Assembly (NCBI GenBank): GCA_002839645.1 | Contig: PGYL01000012.1 | Coordinates: 12,706 to 76,705, forward strand | DNA: 64,000 nucleotides | Source: Methanomicrobiales archaeon HGW-Methanomicrobiales-2 | GTDB taxonomy: Archaea; Halobacteriota; Methanomicrobia; Methanomicrobiales; Methanoculleaceae | Direction of reading: 5' to 3' | In this document: in pieces, positions 48,001 through 60,828 of the stretch | Position numbering within the stretch: position 1 is the first letter of the stretch | Layout: each line of letters begins with the position of its first letter | Notes under the pieces: generated by a model | Databases searched by the model: none | Told to the model about the DNA's origin: nothing | The model's input: only the letters and a program-made list of their open reading frames with translations | Program-made: the position numbers and the translations under genes

Positions 48001-48225
48001 CCGACCGGCCAGCGCTACATCGAGCATGAACGCCGGGGGAACAAGATCCTCCTCTTCGTCCGCGAGTACAACAAGGTCGACGGCGTCGCGCAACCGTATC
48101 TCTTCCTCGGGACCGCCCGGTACCTCTCCCACGAGGGGAGCCGGCCGATGAGCATCACCTGGAAACTCGATCGCCCGATGCCGCCGGGCTTCTTCCTGAA
48201 GGCAAACAAGATGGTGGTGGGATAG
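45082..48225 (+). CDS. PLD nuclease-SF2 helicase-DUF3427 fusion (SauUSI-like type IV restriction enzyme)
   Basis: HAK...GSSNLS (PLD), ATGTGKT, DEFH, LGRGLR, C-terminal LFHWQSQS/LLFVR; no methyltransferase alongside. Confidence 0.82.
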   Translation: MEGMELFPGIYEQVISEYLASKLSGPEREGRVLKDPLSRFDPQNVLARHIAKILRNALMSADEQHIPLAEQVRICNRLIGHLAAELRDETLEQCAITPDAEVLLALAERNPSALKFVAPTRPETSIAQSSLFTGSPKEPGLVNELRKEIQSADRIDLLVSFIKWSGIRLILDDLKEFVRHGSRLRVITTSYTGATDIKAVEALAALPNTTVRISYDTERTRLHAKTYTFHRNSRFSTSYIGSSNLSNPAITSGLEWNIKITEQDSYDIIRKIEETFETYWNDPEFVAYTPENRERLRRALSKEKRGEFDLRPIFDIQPYYYQKEILERLKIEREVHNNYRNLIVAATGTGKTVVSAFDYKSLIKKPGEYPRLLFVAHREEILKQSLQVFRGVLKDQNFGDLLVGGSEPAQFDHLFTSIQSFNSRNLPEITSPDYYDMIVVDEFHHAAAPSYQSLLTHYTPKVLLGLTATPERMDNLDILGHFNGRVSAEIRLPEAINRKLLAPFHYFGVTDVVDLDGVPWRRGAYDPAELSRLYTGNRKRADLISRAVRDYTTDLDEVIGLGFCASVEHAEYMAASFREAGIPAACLHAGSPRELRSSIQKDLVARKIHFIFVVDLYNEGVDIPEVNTILFLRPTESLTVFIQQLGRGLRLSDGKECLTALDFVGNHNKNFRFGERIAALLSPGEGTLAEQVSQDSYSLPRGCYIHLEKVAREKVLANIKANRTDKTTLIRKIQSFEVDTGEPISFRKFLHYHSLQPLDVYRKGTFCLLAAEAGVYPAVYADERLFSKTAAIRLRTLNSPEAIRFIRAVLSRPSHGSPAALSDREKSVLALFYYSLNDQSLCDESADVRDILPEIFTHDEIRHEICDLMEYNEAHLGLLPEPVDLGFESALELHATYTRAQAFAALGHYTLTRRPAGGSREGVVYLEDKKADVLLITLNKTEEHYSPTTMYKDYAVNEELFHWQSQSTTSASSPTGQRYIEHERRGNKILLFVREYNKVDGVAQPYLFLGTARYLSHEGSRPMSITWKLDRPMPPGFFLKANKMVVG

Positions 48226-48242
48226 CCGCCGAAACCTACATC

Positions 48243-49014
48243 GTGGATAGCATCAAATCATGGATAAATGAACCATTGCTTGCCGCGGGGAGGTGTGGTA
48301 CCATCCTGACGAACCACAGATGCCCGGCCGTTCTGGTCCACGGGTGGCGAAGCCATCCCGGCATCTGGAACCGCCTCACCCCCACGCTCACGGAGGCCGC
48401 GGTCCCCTTCTGGAGGTTCGATCATACGGCGATGCAGAGCGCCGGGACGGAGGCGATCGCCCTCGCTCTCCAGGACTACATCCACCAAAAACGGGAAGAG
48501 ACCGGATACGACGGCCCGGTCGATATCGTCTGCCACTCGATGGGGACGTGTATCGCCCGGTACCTCCTCGAAGTCCTCGACGGCGACGACCGGGAGGAGC
48601 AGGTCCGGCTCCTGGTCGGGATCGGCCCGCCGAACAACGGCTCGGCCATGGCCGAGCTCTTCAACGACCCCGAACGGGGCCCGGAGGTTATCCGGCGCCT
48701 CGCAGGGGGCCGATATCGCGTACCAAATAGTCCTCGCCGCGAACCTCACCGCGACGCCGGCCTTCTTTCCGGCCTTCGAGGGCCGGACCTGGGAGATCGC
48801 CCCCGACGGGGGGTGGCGGGCGACCTACGCCGGCGACGGCATCGTCCCCCACATAGACTCGTACCTCCCCGGGGCCCGGATGGACGTGGTTCCGGCAGAC
48901 CCCGGGAACCTGGCCCGGCACCCGGAGCACTACTGCCACACCATGCTGCCGAGAAACCCCGAGGTAGTCGCCCGCGTCACGGGGTACCTCTCGACCCCCT
49001 CACCGTCTCCCTAA
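48243..49014 (+). pseudogene. Alpha/beta hydrolase (lipase/esterase), frameshifted
   Basis: VHGW and CHSMG in one frame; GDGIVPH and YCHTMLPRNPEVV in the +1 frame after the G5 run at 48705-09, ending at TAA 49012-14. Confidence 0.78.
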
Positions 49015-49290
49015 CGCCTGCCGTGCGGACTCCGCCCAGGAATTGACCGCCCGCTCCAGGTCTTCCCCGGCCTTCCGTGCCGCCTGCTCGATACGTTCGT
49101 GTCCTTCGGGCGTCCCTAAGAGGTGGTGGCCCGCGTTCATCACATCATTGACCGCCTTCCGGACCGAGCTGGATGCCTCGTGCACATGCTCATCAACGGT
49201 AGGGGCTGCCGGTGCTGGCTCCTTCTCCGGTACGGGGGCGGGATCCACGACCCACCGCCCCCGCTCGAAGCGACCTTCTATCTCGCTCAT
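49000..49290 (-). CDS. Hypothetical protein (96 aa)
   Basis: MSEIEGRFERGRWV...; plausible codon use. Confidence 0.6.
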   Translation of the reverse strand: MSEIEGRFERGRWVVDPAPVPEKEPAPAAPTVDEHVHEASSSVRKAVNDVMNAGHHLLGTPEGHERIEQAARKAGEDLERAVNSWAESARQALGRR

Positions 49291-49396
49291 AAACGTGGGT
49301 GTAGGTCCGCCCGACATAAAAACCTGGCTCTTTACACCACGCAACAATCCGGAGGTGCACAGGTTCATCTACCCCGGGTGCTACAGGGAGAGAGCC

Positions 49397-49966
49397 ATGA
49401 GCCGGGTTGCTGCCATCGAGGCATGTGAGCGGGCGCTCACCCCGGGCACCTGCCGGATGCAGATCGTCCGAGCCGCCGCGTCCGTGCTCTTCCTACTCCT
49501 GGCGGTCCCGCTCCTCCTCGGCCTCGCCTTCGGCATACCTCCGCCGGCGGTCTTCGCCCTCATCGCATCGACCCTCCTCCTCCAGGCGGCCGCAGCCGTC
49601 GTCGGCCTCTCCCTCGGGCTCCACCCTGCGGTCGTCCTCGCCTTCCTGACATCGGTGGCGGCCGCTGTCATGCTCGGCATCCTTGAACTCTGCGACCTCT
49701 TCGCCGGGCGCTCTCGATTTATCCAGGGACTTCTCTGGAAGATCGACGCAAAGACCGGGAGAATTGACTCCTTGAAGCGTTACGGATCCCTGATGCTCAT
49801 CCCGGTCATATGGATCCCCGGGATCGCGCTCTACGGGGCCCCCGTCGTCGCGTGGCTCTTCCAGTACCCGAGGAGCACCTCTCTCCTCTGCATGCTCGCC
49901 GGGTGGATAATCGCGGTCATCGCGGTCATGGCGGCGACGATGGGGCTCGTCAGCCTGGCCTTCTGA
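49397..49966 (+). CDS. Four-TM membrane protein (small multidrug export-like)
   Basis: Hydrophobic segments; LKRYG...IPVIWIPGIALYG motif. Confidence 0.65.
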   Translation: MSRVAAIEACERALTPGTCRMQIVRAAASVLFLLLAVPLLLGLAFGIPPPAVFALIASTLLLQAAAAVVGLSLGLHPAVVLAFLTSVAAAVMLGILELCDLFAGRSRFIQGLLWKIDAKTGRIDSLKRYGSLMLIPVIWIPGIALYGAPVVAWLFQYPRSTSLLCMLAGWIIAVIAVMAATMGLVSLAF

Positions 49967-50079
49967 CCTGCGCGTTCATCTTCGGCCGGTACATCGGGGT
50001 CCGGTTTGCCTCTTTACTCTCCTCGCCCGGGGAGGGCGCTGGGTTTCCGCCCTCATCGGCGCATGGCGTGACCCTAAGG

Positions 50080-50131
50080 TATAAATATTCACAATTGTTA
50101 TCTATGGTAGGTGAGATTAACAATTGTTAAT
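50080..50131 (+). promoter_or_regulatory. Promoter of the tRNA-Cys/pscS operon with two palindromic operator boxes
   Basis: TATAAATA (50080-87), TTCACAATTGTTAT (50088-101) and the perfect 16-bp ATTAACAATTGTTAAT (50116-131). Confidence 0.75.
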
Positions 50132-50142
50132 CCCCACGCCCT

Positions 50143-50214
50143 GCCGAGGTGGCGGAACGGCTACGCGGTTGACTGCAGATCAACTACATCCCGGTTCGAC
50201 TCCGGGCCTCGGCT
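50143..50214 (+). tRNA. tRNA-Cys (GCA)
   Basis: Acceptor GCCGAGG/CCTCGGC, U73, anticodon arm GTTGA-CTGCAGA-TCAAC with G37, T arm CCCGG-TTCGACT-CCGGG. Confidence 0.96.
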
Positions 50215-50225
50215 TGAGGTATCCC

Positions 50226-54358
<4,133 letters not shown>

Positions 54359-54362
<4 letters not shown>

Positions 54363-54841
54363 CAACACAAGCACACAAGAATGAATCAGCCCTCCTGGTC
54401 TTCGGGTGCCCGGAGGTCCCGGTGCAGGCGGCAATCGGCCTCTACCTTGCAGGCCGGCTCGGTGAAGGCGGCTACGACGTCCTCAGTGCCGGAAACCCCT
54501 CGGTTCTCGTCCTCCTTCGCGTCTCCGACTGGAAGAAGCGCTACATCAGAAGGACCATCGACCTCGACCGCTGCATCGGAGAGGTGGCGGAAGGCAAGAG
54601 AGATGCCGGTCTCTGCGTGGTCTTCGCTCATAACGATGCCGGCATCTCATACGCCGCCTCGATGCGCTATCTCCTCCCGGATTCGCGCCTCATCGTCGTC
54701 GTCTTCGGCCGGAACGCCGAAGAACTCGCAGCGCAGATTGAGTTTCCCTGCGAAAAGGTCGTGGAGAAAGCGGTCCACAACCCGGGGAAACTGAAGAAAG
54801 GGATCGACGAGGTCTTCGGATGGCGTGCATCGACGAGCTGA
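54359..54841 (+). CDS. DUF1890-family protein
   Basis: LLVFGCPEVPVQ, AGNPS, HNDAGISY, AVHNP; ATGA overlap with metX. Confidence 0.75.
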
Positions 54842-55110
54842 ACCCGGAGATTCTTCTCCGGGGAGCCTCTTTTGCCGAGTGCCGGGCAACGGTGGAGAAA
54901 CGCTGCCGCGAGGTCTACTACGTTGACCCGGGGTACGCGATCTTTGATACGCATATCATCGGGGTCCCGCCGATCGCCGTCGGGGTGGAGGATACCTTCA
55001 TCGTCTTCCCCTTCACCAAACCCTGCTACGGGACCTACCTGATCCGGGTGCCGGGGGGCGAGGAGGTCGAACGACTCCGGAAGAAAGGCAAAACCGGAAG
55101 GAAACCATGA
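54820..55110 (+). CDS. DUF1894-family protein
   Basis: MACID...PGYAIFD...GVPPIAVG...FPFTKPCYGT. Confidence 0.75.
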   Translation: MACIDELNPEILLRGASFAECRATVEKRCREVYYVDPGYAIFDTHIIGVPPIAVGVEDTFIVFPFTKPCYGTYLIRVPGGEEVERLRKKGKTGRKP

Positions 55111-56243
55111 ACGGCACGGAACAGGTCTGGCTGGTGCGTTACTCCGAGATCTTCCTCAAGTCGGAGCCTGTCCGCCGGGAATGGGAGAAGACGCTTATCC
55201 GGAACATCAGGCGGGTGCTACCCGGTGCAAAAGCCCGGCGGGAGCGCGGGAGGATCTGGCTTGCCGGGGAGGTCGACCCGGAGGTGCTCAGGAACGTCTT
55301 CGGGGTCGTCTCGTTCTCGCTCTGCGACGTCGTGCCGCTTGAGGGACTGCCGGCGGGTCTCCTCGCGTTCTGTGATGGTCACGGTATCACGGAGGCCGCG
55401 ACCTTCGCCCTCCGGATCCGGCGTGTCGGGAAGCATCCCTTCACCTCCCGGGATCTTGCCGAACGGCTTGGTGACCTGGTCTGTGCGGAGTACCCGCATC
55501 TTCAGGTCGATCTCGACGACCCGGAGCGGGAGATCTTCATCGAGGTCCGGGACGGGACCTGCTACCTCTTCGACCGGAAGATCCCGGCCGTCGGCGGCAT
55601 CCCCCTCGGCGTCGAGGGGACGCTCGTCGCCCTCGTCTCCGGTGGGATCGACTCCCCGGTCGCGGCCTACCTGATGATGAAGCGCGGGTGCCGGATCGTT
55701 CCGCTCTACGTCGGGCTCGAAGGCTACCTCGATGAGACGAACCTCGCCCGGACGAAGGCCACGGTTGAGGCCCTCCGTCGCTACCAGCCCGACATCGAAC
55801 TTCTGGTCGTCGAGGACGGCTACCTCGCCCGGGCACGGCGGGCGCTCGAAGAGTGGGGAGAGGAGCGCTATACCTGCCTCCTCTGCAAGCGGAGGATGTA
55901 CCGAATCGCCGCCGAGGTCGCGGGGAGGACAGGGGCGAAGGGTTTCGTCACCGGCGAGTCGATGGGCCAGGTCGCATCGCAGACCCTCGACAACCTGGCG
56001 GTGCTCACCGATGCGGCGGCGATCCCGGTCTACCGGCCGCTGATCGCGTTCGACAAGGAGGACGTCGTCCGGCTCGCTCGCGAGATCGGGACGTTCGACG
56101 CCTCGATCGCCCCGGCCGGCGGCTGCAGAGCAGTACCGGCACGACCGTCCACGGCTGCGAGGATCGAGGCGGTCCGTGCACTCGAAGAGGCGGTAGGGGA
56201 TGCCGGAGACGTGGGAGTGCTGCCAATTCAAGTACCTGAATGA
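55107..56243 (+). CDS. thiI: tRNA 4-thiouridine synthase ThiI
   Basis: [15 protein letters not shown] domain, PP-loop [27 protein letters not shown], distal Cys. Confidence 0.93.
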   Translation: MNGTEQVWLVRYSEIFLKSEPVRREWEKTLIRNIRRVLPGAKARRERGRIWLAGEVDPEVLRNVFGVVSFSLCDVVPLEGLPAGLLAFCDGHGITEAATFALRIRRVGKHPFTSRDLAERLGDLVCAEYPHLQVDLDDPEREIFIEVRDGTCYLFDRKIPAVGGIPLGVEGTLVALVSGGIDSPVAAYLMMKRGCRIVPLYVGLEGYLDETNLARTKATVEALRRYQPDIELLVVEDGYLARARRALEEWGEERYTCLLCKRRMYRIAAEVAGRTGAKGFVTGESMGQVASQTLDNLAVLTDAAAIPVYRPLIAFDKEDVVRLAREIGTFDASIAPAGGCRAVPARPSTAARIEAVRALEEAVGDAGDVGVLPIQVPE

Positions 56244-56263
56244 CAAGAGGGAGATCGATAGCG

Positions 56264-57196
56264 ATGGGACGGATATACCATGACATCACCTGGACGATCG
56301 GGAACACCCCGCTCGTCCGGCTGAATCGGGTGACGGAAGGCTCCCGGGCGACGGTCCTCGCCAAGGTGGAGTCGTTCAACCCGATGGGGAGCGTGAAAGA
56401 CCGGATAGGGGTCGCGATGATCGACGAGGCCGAACGGGCCGGCGAGATCCGGGAGGGGACGACGATCGTCGAGGCGACGAGCGGGAACACCGGGATTGCA
56501 CTTGCGTTCGTCTGCGCGGCCCGCGGCTACCCGCTCAGGCTCGTGATGCCCGAGACGATGAGCATGGAGCGGCGCAAGCTCCTCGCAGCACTTGGTGCCG
56601 AGGTGGTCCTCACGCCCGGGGCCGGGGGGATGAAGGGAGCGGTCGACCGTGCGGCCCGGATCGCCGCCGAGAGGCCGGACACCTACTTCGTGCCCCGGCA
56701 GTTCGAGAACCCGGCGAACCCCGCCGTCCACCGCCGGACGACGGCCGAGGAGATCTGGCGGGACACCGACGGGACCGTCGACGCCGTCGTCGCAGGCGTC
56801 GGGACGGGCGGGACAATCACCGGGGTTGCCGAGGTCCTCAAGGCGCGAAGACCGTCCTTTAAGGCGATCGCCGTCGAACCGGTGGAGTCCCCCGTCCTCT
56901 CCGGAGGACCGGCCGGCCCGCACCGGATCCAGGGGATCGGGGCCGGGTTCGTGCCGCAGGTGCTCCGGACCGATCTCGTCGACGAGGTATTCCAGGTCAC
57001 CTCCGCGGATGCCTTTGCGATGAGCCGCCTGCTTGCCCGGAAGGAGGGGATCCTCGCTGGCATCTCGTCGGGCGCGGCTGTCCACGCCGCCTGTGAGGTT
57101 GCCCGCCGGCCGGATTACGAGGGGAAGGTTATCGTCGTGATCCTCCCGGATACCGGCGAGCGGTATCTCTCGACGGATCTCTTCGAGGCGCAGTAG
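56264..57196 (+). CDS. cysK: Cysteine synthase A (O-acetylserine sulfhydrylase)
   Basis: [44 protein letters not shown]. Confidence 0.96.
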   Translation: MGRIYHDITWTIGNTPLVRLNRVTEGSRATVLAKVESFNPMGSVKDRIGVAMIDEAERAGEIREGTTIVEATSGNTGIALAFVCAARGYPLRLVMPETMSMERRKLLAALGAEVVLTPGAGGMKGAVDRAARIAAERPDTYFVPRQFENPANPAVHRRTTAEEIWRDTDGTVDAVVAGVGTGGTITGVAEVLKARRPSFKAIAVEPVESPVLSGGPAGPHRIQGIGAGFVPQVLRTDLVDEVFQVTSADAFAMSRLLARKEGILAGISSGAAVHAACEVARRPDYEGKVIVVILPDTGERYLSTDLFEAQ

Positions 57197-57210
57197 GGGG
57201 ACGGAACGCG

Positions 57211-58164
57211 GTGAACCTCAGGGAGGATATCCGGACAGTCTTTGCAAAAGACCCGGCGGCCCGGTCGACGATCGAGGTGATCTGCTGCTACCCGGGCCTC
57301 CACGCGATCTGGGCGCACCGGATCGCGCATGCCTTCTATCGCCGCCGGCTCTACTTCCCGGCCCGTCTGGTCTCTCATATCGCCCGGGCGCTGACCGGGA
57401 TCGAGATCCACCCCGGAGCGAAGATCGGCCGCCGGGTCTTCATCGACCACGGCTCAGGCGTCGTGATCGGGGAGACGGCGGAGGTTGGGGACGACGTCCT
57501 GATCTACATGGGTGTGGTGCTCGGCGGCACCGCGCTCGAGCAGACGAAACGGCACCCGACCATCGAGGATAACGTCGTCATCGGGTCGGGGGCGAGCGTT
57601 CTCGGCCCCATCACCGTCGGGCGCGGGGCAAAGATCGGCGCCGGTTCGGTCGTCGTCCACCCCGTCCCCGCCGGTGCGACGGTCGTGGGCGTTCCGGGCA
57701 GGCTTGCCGGCCCAAAGTGCCAGAAGGGCCAGGAGAAACTCGACCGTGGCGATCTCCCCGACCCGATGCTCCGGGTGGTCAGCCGCATGCTTGATAGGCA
57801 GAATCGGATCGAAGAGCGGCTCCGGGCGGTGGAGCGGTCGGGTCTGGTTGGCGATAAACGGCGGGAGGAGATCGTAATCGAGGAGAGCGTCCGGGCGGCA
57901 CTTAAAGAAGTGATCGACCCGGAGGTCGGGATCGACGTCGTCGACCTCGGTCTGATCAAGGGGATCACCGTCCAGGACTCCTCGGTGCTTGTGGAGATGG
58001 TCCTGACCACCGCCGCCTGCCCGCTCGTCGACTACCTTACTGACCGGGTCCGGCGCCGGGTGCTTGACGTGAGCGGCGTCCGGGACGTCGAGGTCCGGGT
58101 GCTCGACGAGCCCTGGGACTGGGACCGGTTCTTCGGTCAGAGGGACGTTCTCAGGGAATTCTGA
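57211..58164 (+). CDS. cysE: Serine O-acetyltransferase fused to a C-terminal SufT/DUF59 (FeS_assembly_P) domain
   Basis: KDPAARS...[32 protein letters not shown]; linker PDP; then DPE-X27-T-X3-C domain ([15 protein letters not shown]...LTTAACP). Confidence 0.92.
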   Translation: MNLREDIRTVFAKDPAARSTIEVICCYPGLHAIWAHRIAHAFYRRRLYFPARLVSHIARALTGIEIHPGAKIGRRVFIDHGSGVVIGETAEVGDDVLIYMGVVLGGTALEQTKRHPTIEDNVVIGSGASVLGPITVGRGAKIGAGSVVVHPVPAGATVVGVPGRLAGPKCQKGQEKLDRGDLPDPMLRVVSRMLDRQNRIEERLRAVERSGLVGDKRREEIVIEESVRAALKEVIDPEVGIDVVDLGLIKGITVQDSSVLVEMVLTTAACPLVDYLTDRVRRRVLDVSGVRDVEVRVLDEPWDWDRFFGQRDVLREF

Positions 58165-59137
58165 AGTCGGGTTTACCGGGGAGGTCCAGCATCCGCCGGA
58201 TTGCCGTCCGCGCCCGGGCGGCGGTATCCTCCGGGACCGTCACCCGCGGCTCGAGCCGTTCGAGGGCCGCGAGCACCTTTGCGAGATCGGTCTTCTTCAT
58301 GTTGACGCAGACCGCCTTATTCGAGAGGGGGTAGAAGACTTTCCCCGGGCACTTCTTTTCGAGCTGGTGGAGGAGCCCGACCTCGGTGCCGATGACGAAC
58401 TCCCGTCCCGGACTTGCGCAGGCGTGCCGCACCATCCCTGAGGTCGAGAAGACGTGATCGGCAAGGTCGATCACCTCGGGCCGGCACTCGGGGTGGACGA
58501 GCACCTCGGCGTCCGGATGGGCCCGGCGGGCTTCCTCCACATCCCCGGCCGTCATCCGGTCGTGGACGATGCAGTAGCCATCCCAGGGGAGGATCTCTTT
58601 TTTGGTGAACCGGGCGACGTAGCGGCCGAGGTTTCGGTCGGGGAGGAAGATCACCTGCTCTGCGTCGAGCGACTCGACGACGGCGACGGCGTTTGCGGAG
58701 GTGCAGCAGATGTCGCTCTCCGCCTTCACTTCGGCCGAGGTGTTGACGTAGGCGACGACGGCGGCGTCCGGGAACCGCTCGCGGAGCACCCGGACCTCGC
58801 CGGGGGCGACCATCTCCGCCATCGGGCAGCAGGCGTCGGCTGCGGGGAGAAGGACAGTCTTTGCCGGCGCGAGGATCGCGGCCGTCTCGGCCATGAAGTC
58901 GACGCCGGCAAAGACGATGACGTCGGCGTCGATCGCCGCCGCCGCCCGTGCGAGTTCGAGCGAGTCCCCGACGAGGTCGGCGACCTCCTGCACCTCGGGG
59001 ATCTGGTAGTTGTGCGCGAGGATGACGGCGTCGCGCTCCTCTTTCAACGCGGCTATCCGTTCGGCGAGGGTTCGATCGGGACTGGTGGACGGGATGGTAT
59101 CACAACCTCTTCTGGTCAAAGGTGCAGCCTTCTTCAC
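58151..59137 (-). CDS. nadA: Quinolinate synthase NadA
   Basis: ILAHNYQ, GDSLEL, GVDFMAE, CPMA, YVNTSA, CCTSANA, HPEC, STSGM, CVNMK; true start uncertain (GTG at 59137 or ATC at 59095). Confidence 0.94.
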   Translation of the reverse strand: MKKAAPLTRRGCDTIPSTSPDRTLAERIAALKEERDAVILAHNYQIPEVQEVADLVGDSLELARAAAAIDADVIVFAGVDFMAETAAILAPAKTVLLPAADACCPMAEMVAPGEVRVLRERFPDAAVVAYVNTSAEVKAESDICCTSANAVAVVESLDAEQVIFLPDRNLGRYVARFTKKEILPWDGYCIVHDRMTAGDVEEARRAHPDAEVLVHPECRPEVIDLADHVFSTSGMVRHACASPGREFVIGTEVGLLHQLEKKCPGKVFYPLSNKAVCVNMKKTDLAKVLAALERLEPRVTVPEDTAARARTAIRRMLDLPGKPDFRIP

Positions 59138-59172
59138 AAACGTTATCCCTGCGCAACCTTAACAATTGTGAA
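59133..59172. promoter_or_regulatory. Second pair of the ACAATTGT operator boxes, between divergent nadA and the 59214 ORF
   Basis: TTCACAAACGTTAT (59133-46) and TTAACAATTGTGAA (59159-72). Confidence 0.7.
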
Positions 59173-59213
59173 TGTGGTGCGGTCCGGGAGCCCGGGCCCA
59201 CAGGGACGATCCC

Positions 59214-59561
59214 ATGGCGCGAATCTTATCTAAACGGGACATGACGATCCTGGAGAAGGCCGCTCCTGAATGCACGGGGCTGGTGTGTGCGGGGTCGGGA
59301 GGGCCATACCGGTCCATCCTCCCCCCGCTTGCGAACCACTACGCGACGGACGCAGAGGATTTCGGGAAGCGGCTGGAACGGCTCGACGATGACGACCTCC
59401 GCTACCTCGTAGGACTGGTGCTGGACGGGGGCGAGAGCCTCGGATGTGTCCCTCCCGAATATATCGAGATCTTCCTCACCTTCGTCGATACCCGGCTCGG
59501 CCGGGACGCCGCCCTCTCGATCCTGCAGTGCTACGAGAGTGAGGACGGGTGCGCCCTCTGA
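59214..59561 (+). CDS. Hypothetical Cys-containing protein (115 aa)
   Basis: MARILSKRD...PEC...C...YRSILPPLANHY...GGESLGC; ATG after the operator boxes. Confidence 0.7.
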   Translation: MARILSKRDMTILEKAAPECTGLVCAGSGGPYRSILPPLANHYATDAEDFGKRLERLDDDDLRYLVGLVLDGGESLGCVPPEYIEIFLTFVDTRLGRDAALSILQCYESEDGCAL

Positions 59562-59622
59562 CCGGCGCTTGTTCAGCCTTATGCAGTACTCCGGAGCAAG
59601 TATGGCGTTCACCGCTCCGGCA

Positions 59623-60135
59623 TCACAGGAGAGAACGGCCTCTCGCCGCCGGCCGGCCCGGAGGCGTCACGAAGGGGCGCGACCTGTCGACCAGCCCCGC
59701 CTGCCCCCGCTTTGACCTGCAAAACCCTTCAAACCGGCACAGAAGATCCGTGCTGCCCGCATCGGTGCCGATGAACTCGACCAAATGACGGATCTGTTCG
59801 ATGGTCTCCGGAGAGAGTTCATGCTCCATGATACAGGCATCCCGGGAGGCAGCCCCCTCCGGCACCCGGATGAGCGTGAGGAAGGCCCGGAGCGTCTCGT
59901 GCCGGTACTTGATGACTTCGGCAATGCTCCGGCCTTCGGGTGTCAGGGTCACCCCCTCGTACCGGCGGTGCGTGACGAGACCCATCGCGTCGAGTTTCCT
60001 GACCATCTCGACGACCGTCGGAGGTCTGACCGAGAGCTCCGCGGCGATATCTCTTGTCTTTGCGTAGCCTTTATCGAGAGATACGTTGAGGATCGCCTCG
60101 AGATAATCTTCCGCTTTCCGGCTCAGGTTCCGCAC
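59623..60135 (-). CDS. DtxR/MntR-family metal-dependent repressor (no SH3/FeoA domain)
   Basis: EDYLEAI, VRPPTVVEMVRKL, HETLRAFL, DACIMEH. Confidence 0.92.
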   Translation of the reverse strand: MRNLSRKAEDYLEAILNVSLDKGYAKTRDIAAELSVRPPTVVEMVRKLDAMGLVTHRRYEGVTLTPEGRSIAEVIKYRHETLRAFLTLIRVPEGAASRDACIMEHELSPETIEQIRHLVEFIGTDAGSTDLLCRFEGFCRSKRGQAGLVDRSRPFVTPPGRPAARGRSLL

Positions 60136-60170
60136 AGTATAGGAATGTCTGATGCCAGAGCATATAATTG

Positions 60171-60239
60171 TTAGGCTATCCTAACTCTGGCGGGCTCCAC
60201 CGGCAGCGGCGATATTCGGTTTTTTCCAGGTTTTCCTAA
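60171..60239. promoter_or_regulatory. DtxR-type boxes between the regulator and feoA
   Basis: TTAGG-CTAT-CCTAA (60171-84, perfect arms) and CCAGG-TTTT-CCTAA (60226-39). Confidence 0.72.
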
Positions 60240-60316
60240 CATCTTTCGGGGAATCGGGCCGGCACCAAAACAGTTTCGGCGCGAGATTATCCCGACCAAA
60301 CAAGAGAGCAGGATCC

Positions 60317-60589
60317 ATGGAACCATCGGATCGAAACGCCCCGTCGCGTGGAGCGACAACCACTCTCGATCGTATCGGCCTTGCCTGCCGGTGCCATGTC
60401 GTCGGCATCCGCGCCTCCGGGGCGCTCCGGAAACGGTTGCTCGCCATGGGCATGGTGCCCGGGGCGGATGTGGAGGCCGTCAGGGCCGCCCCGCTCGGCG
60501 ATCCCGTCGAGTATCGGGTGAAAGGATACGCTCTCTCGCTACGGCGTGCCGAGGCGGGCCTCATTGAAGTCGTCCTGGAGGAGGAATGA
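60317..60589 (+). CDS. feoA: Ferrous iron transport protein A
   Basis: RKRLLAMGMVPG...RAAPLGDPVEYRVKGYALSLR. Confidence 0.93.
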   Translation: MEPSDRNAPSRGATTTLDRIGLACRCHVVGIRASGALRKRLLAMGMVPGADVEAVRAAPLGDPVEYRVKGYALSLRRAEAGLIEVVLEEE

Positions 60590-60828
60590 TGGACCCCATC
60601 TGCCCGCTCGCCCTCCTCTCCGCCGGGACCGAGGCAACGATCGCCGAGGTCAGGGCCGGCAAAGAGATGCGGTTCCGCCTCGCCGGGATGGGGCTCTGCC
60701 CCGGTGCACGGGTACGGGCGCAGTGCGTCGACCGGGGTTCGCTCATCGTCTCGGTCGGCGACGCCCGGTACGCCCTCTCGCGGGGGATAGCGATGAAGAT
60801 ACTCGTCGGAGAACCGGAGGCTGCATGA
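60586..60828 (+). CDS. feoA: Second ferrous iron transport protein A
   Basis: RLAGMGLCPGA...GDARYALSRGIAMKI; ATGA overlaps on both sides. Confidence 0.88.
   Translation: MMDPICPLALLSAGTEATIAEVRAGKEMRFRLAGMGLCPGARVRAQCVDRGSLIVSVGDARYALSRGIAMKILVGEPEAA

Noticed and set aside
45082-48225. DISARM or type I/III restriction-modification system
   Set aside because: No methyltransferase, specificity subunit or drm genes nearby; a single fused gene
50124-50225. N-terminal extension of the 491-aa ORF (MLIPTPCRGG...)
   Set aside because: It reads through the tRNA-Cys gene; the real start is the ATG at 50226, behind a GAGGT Shine-Dalgarno
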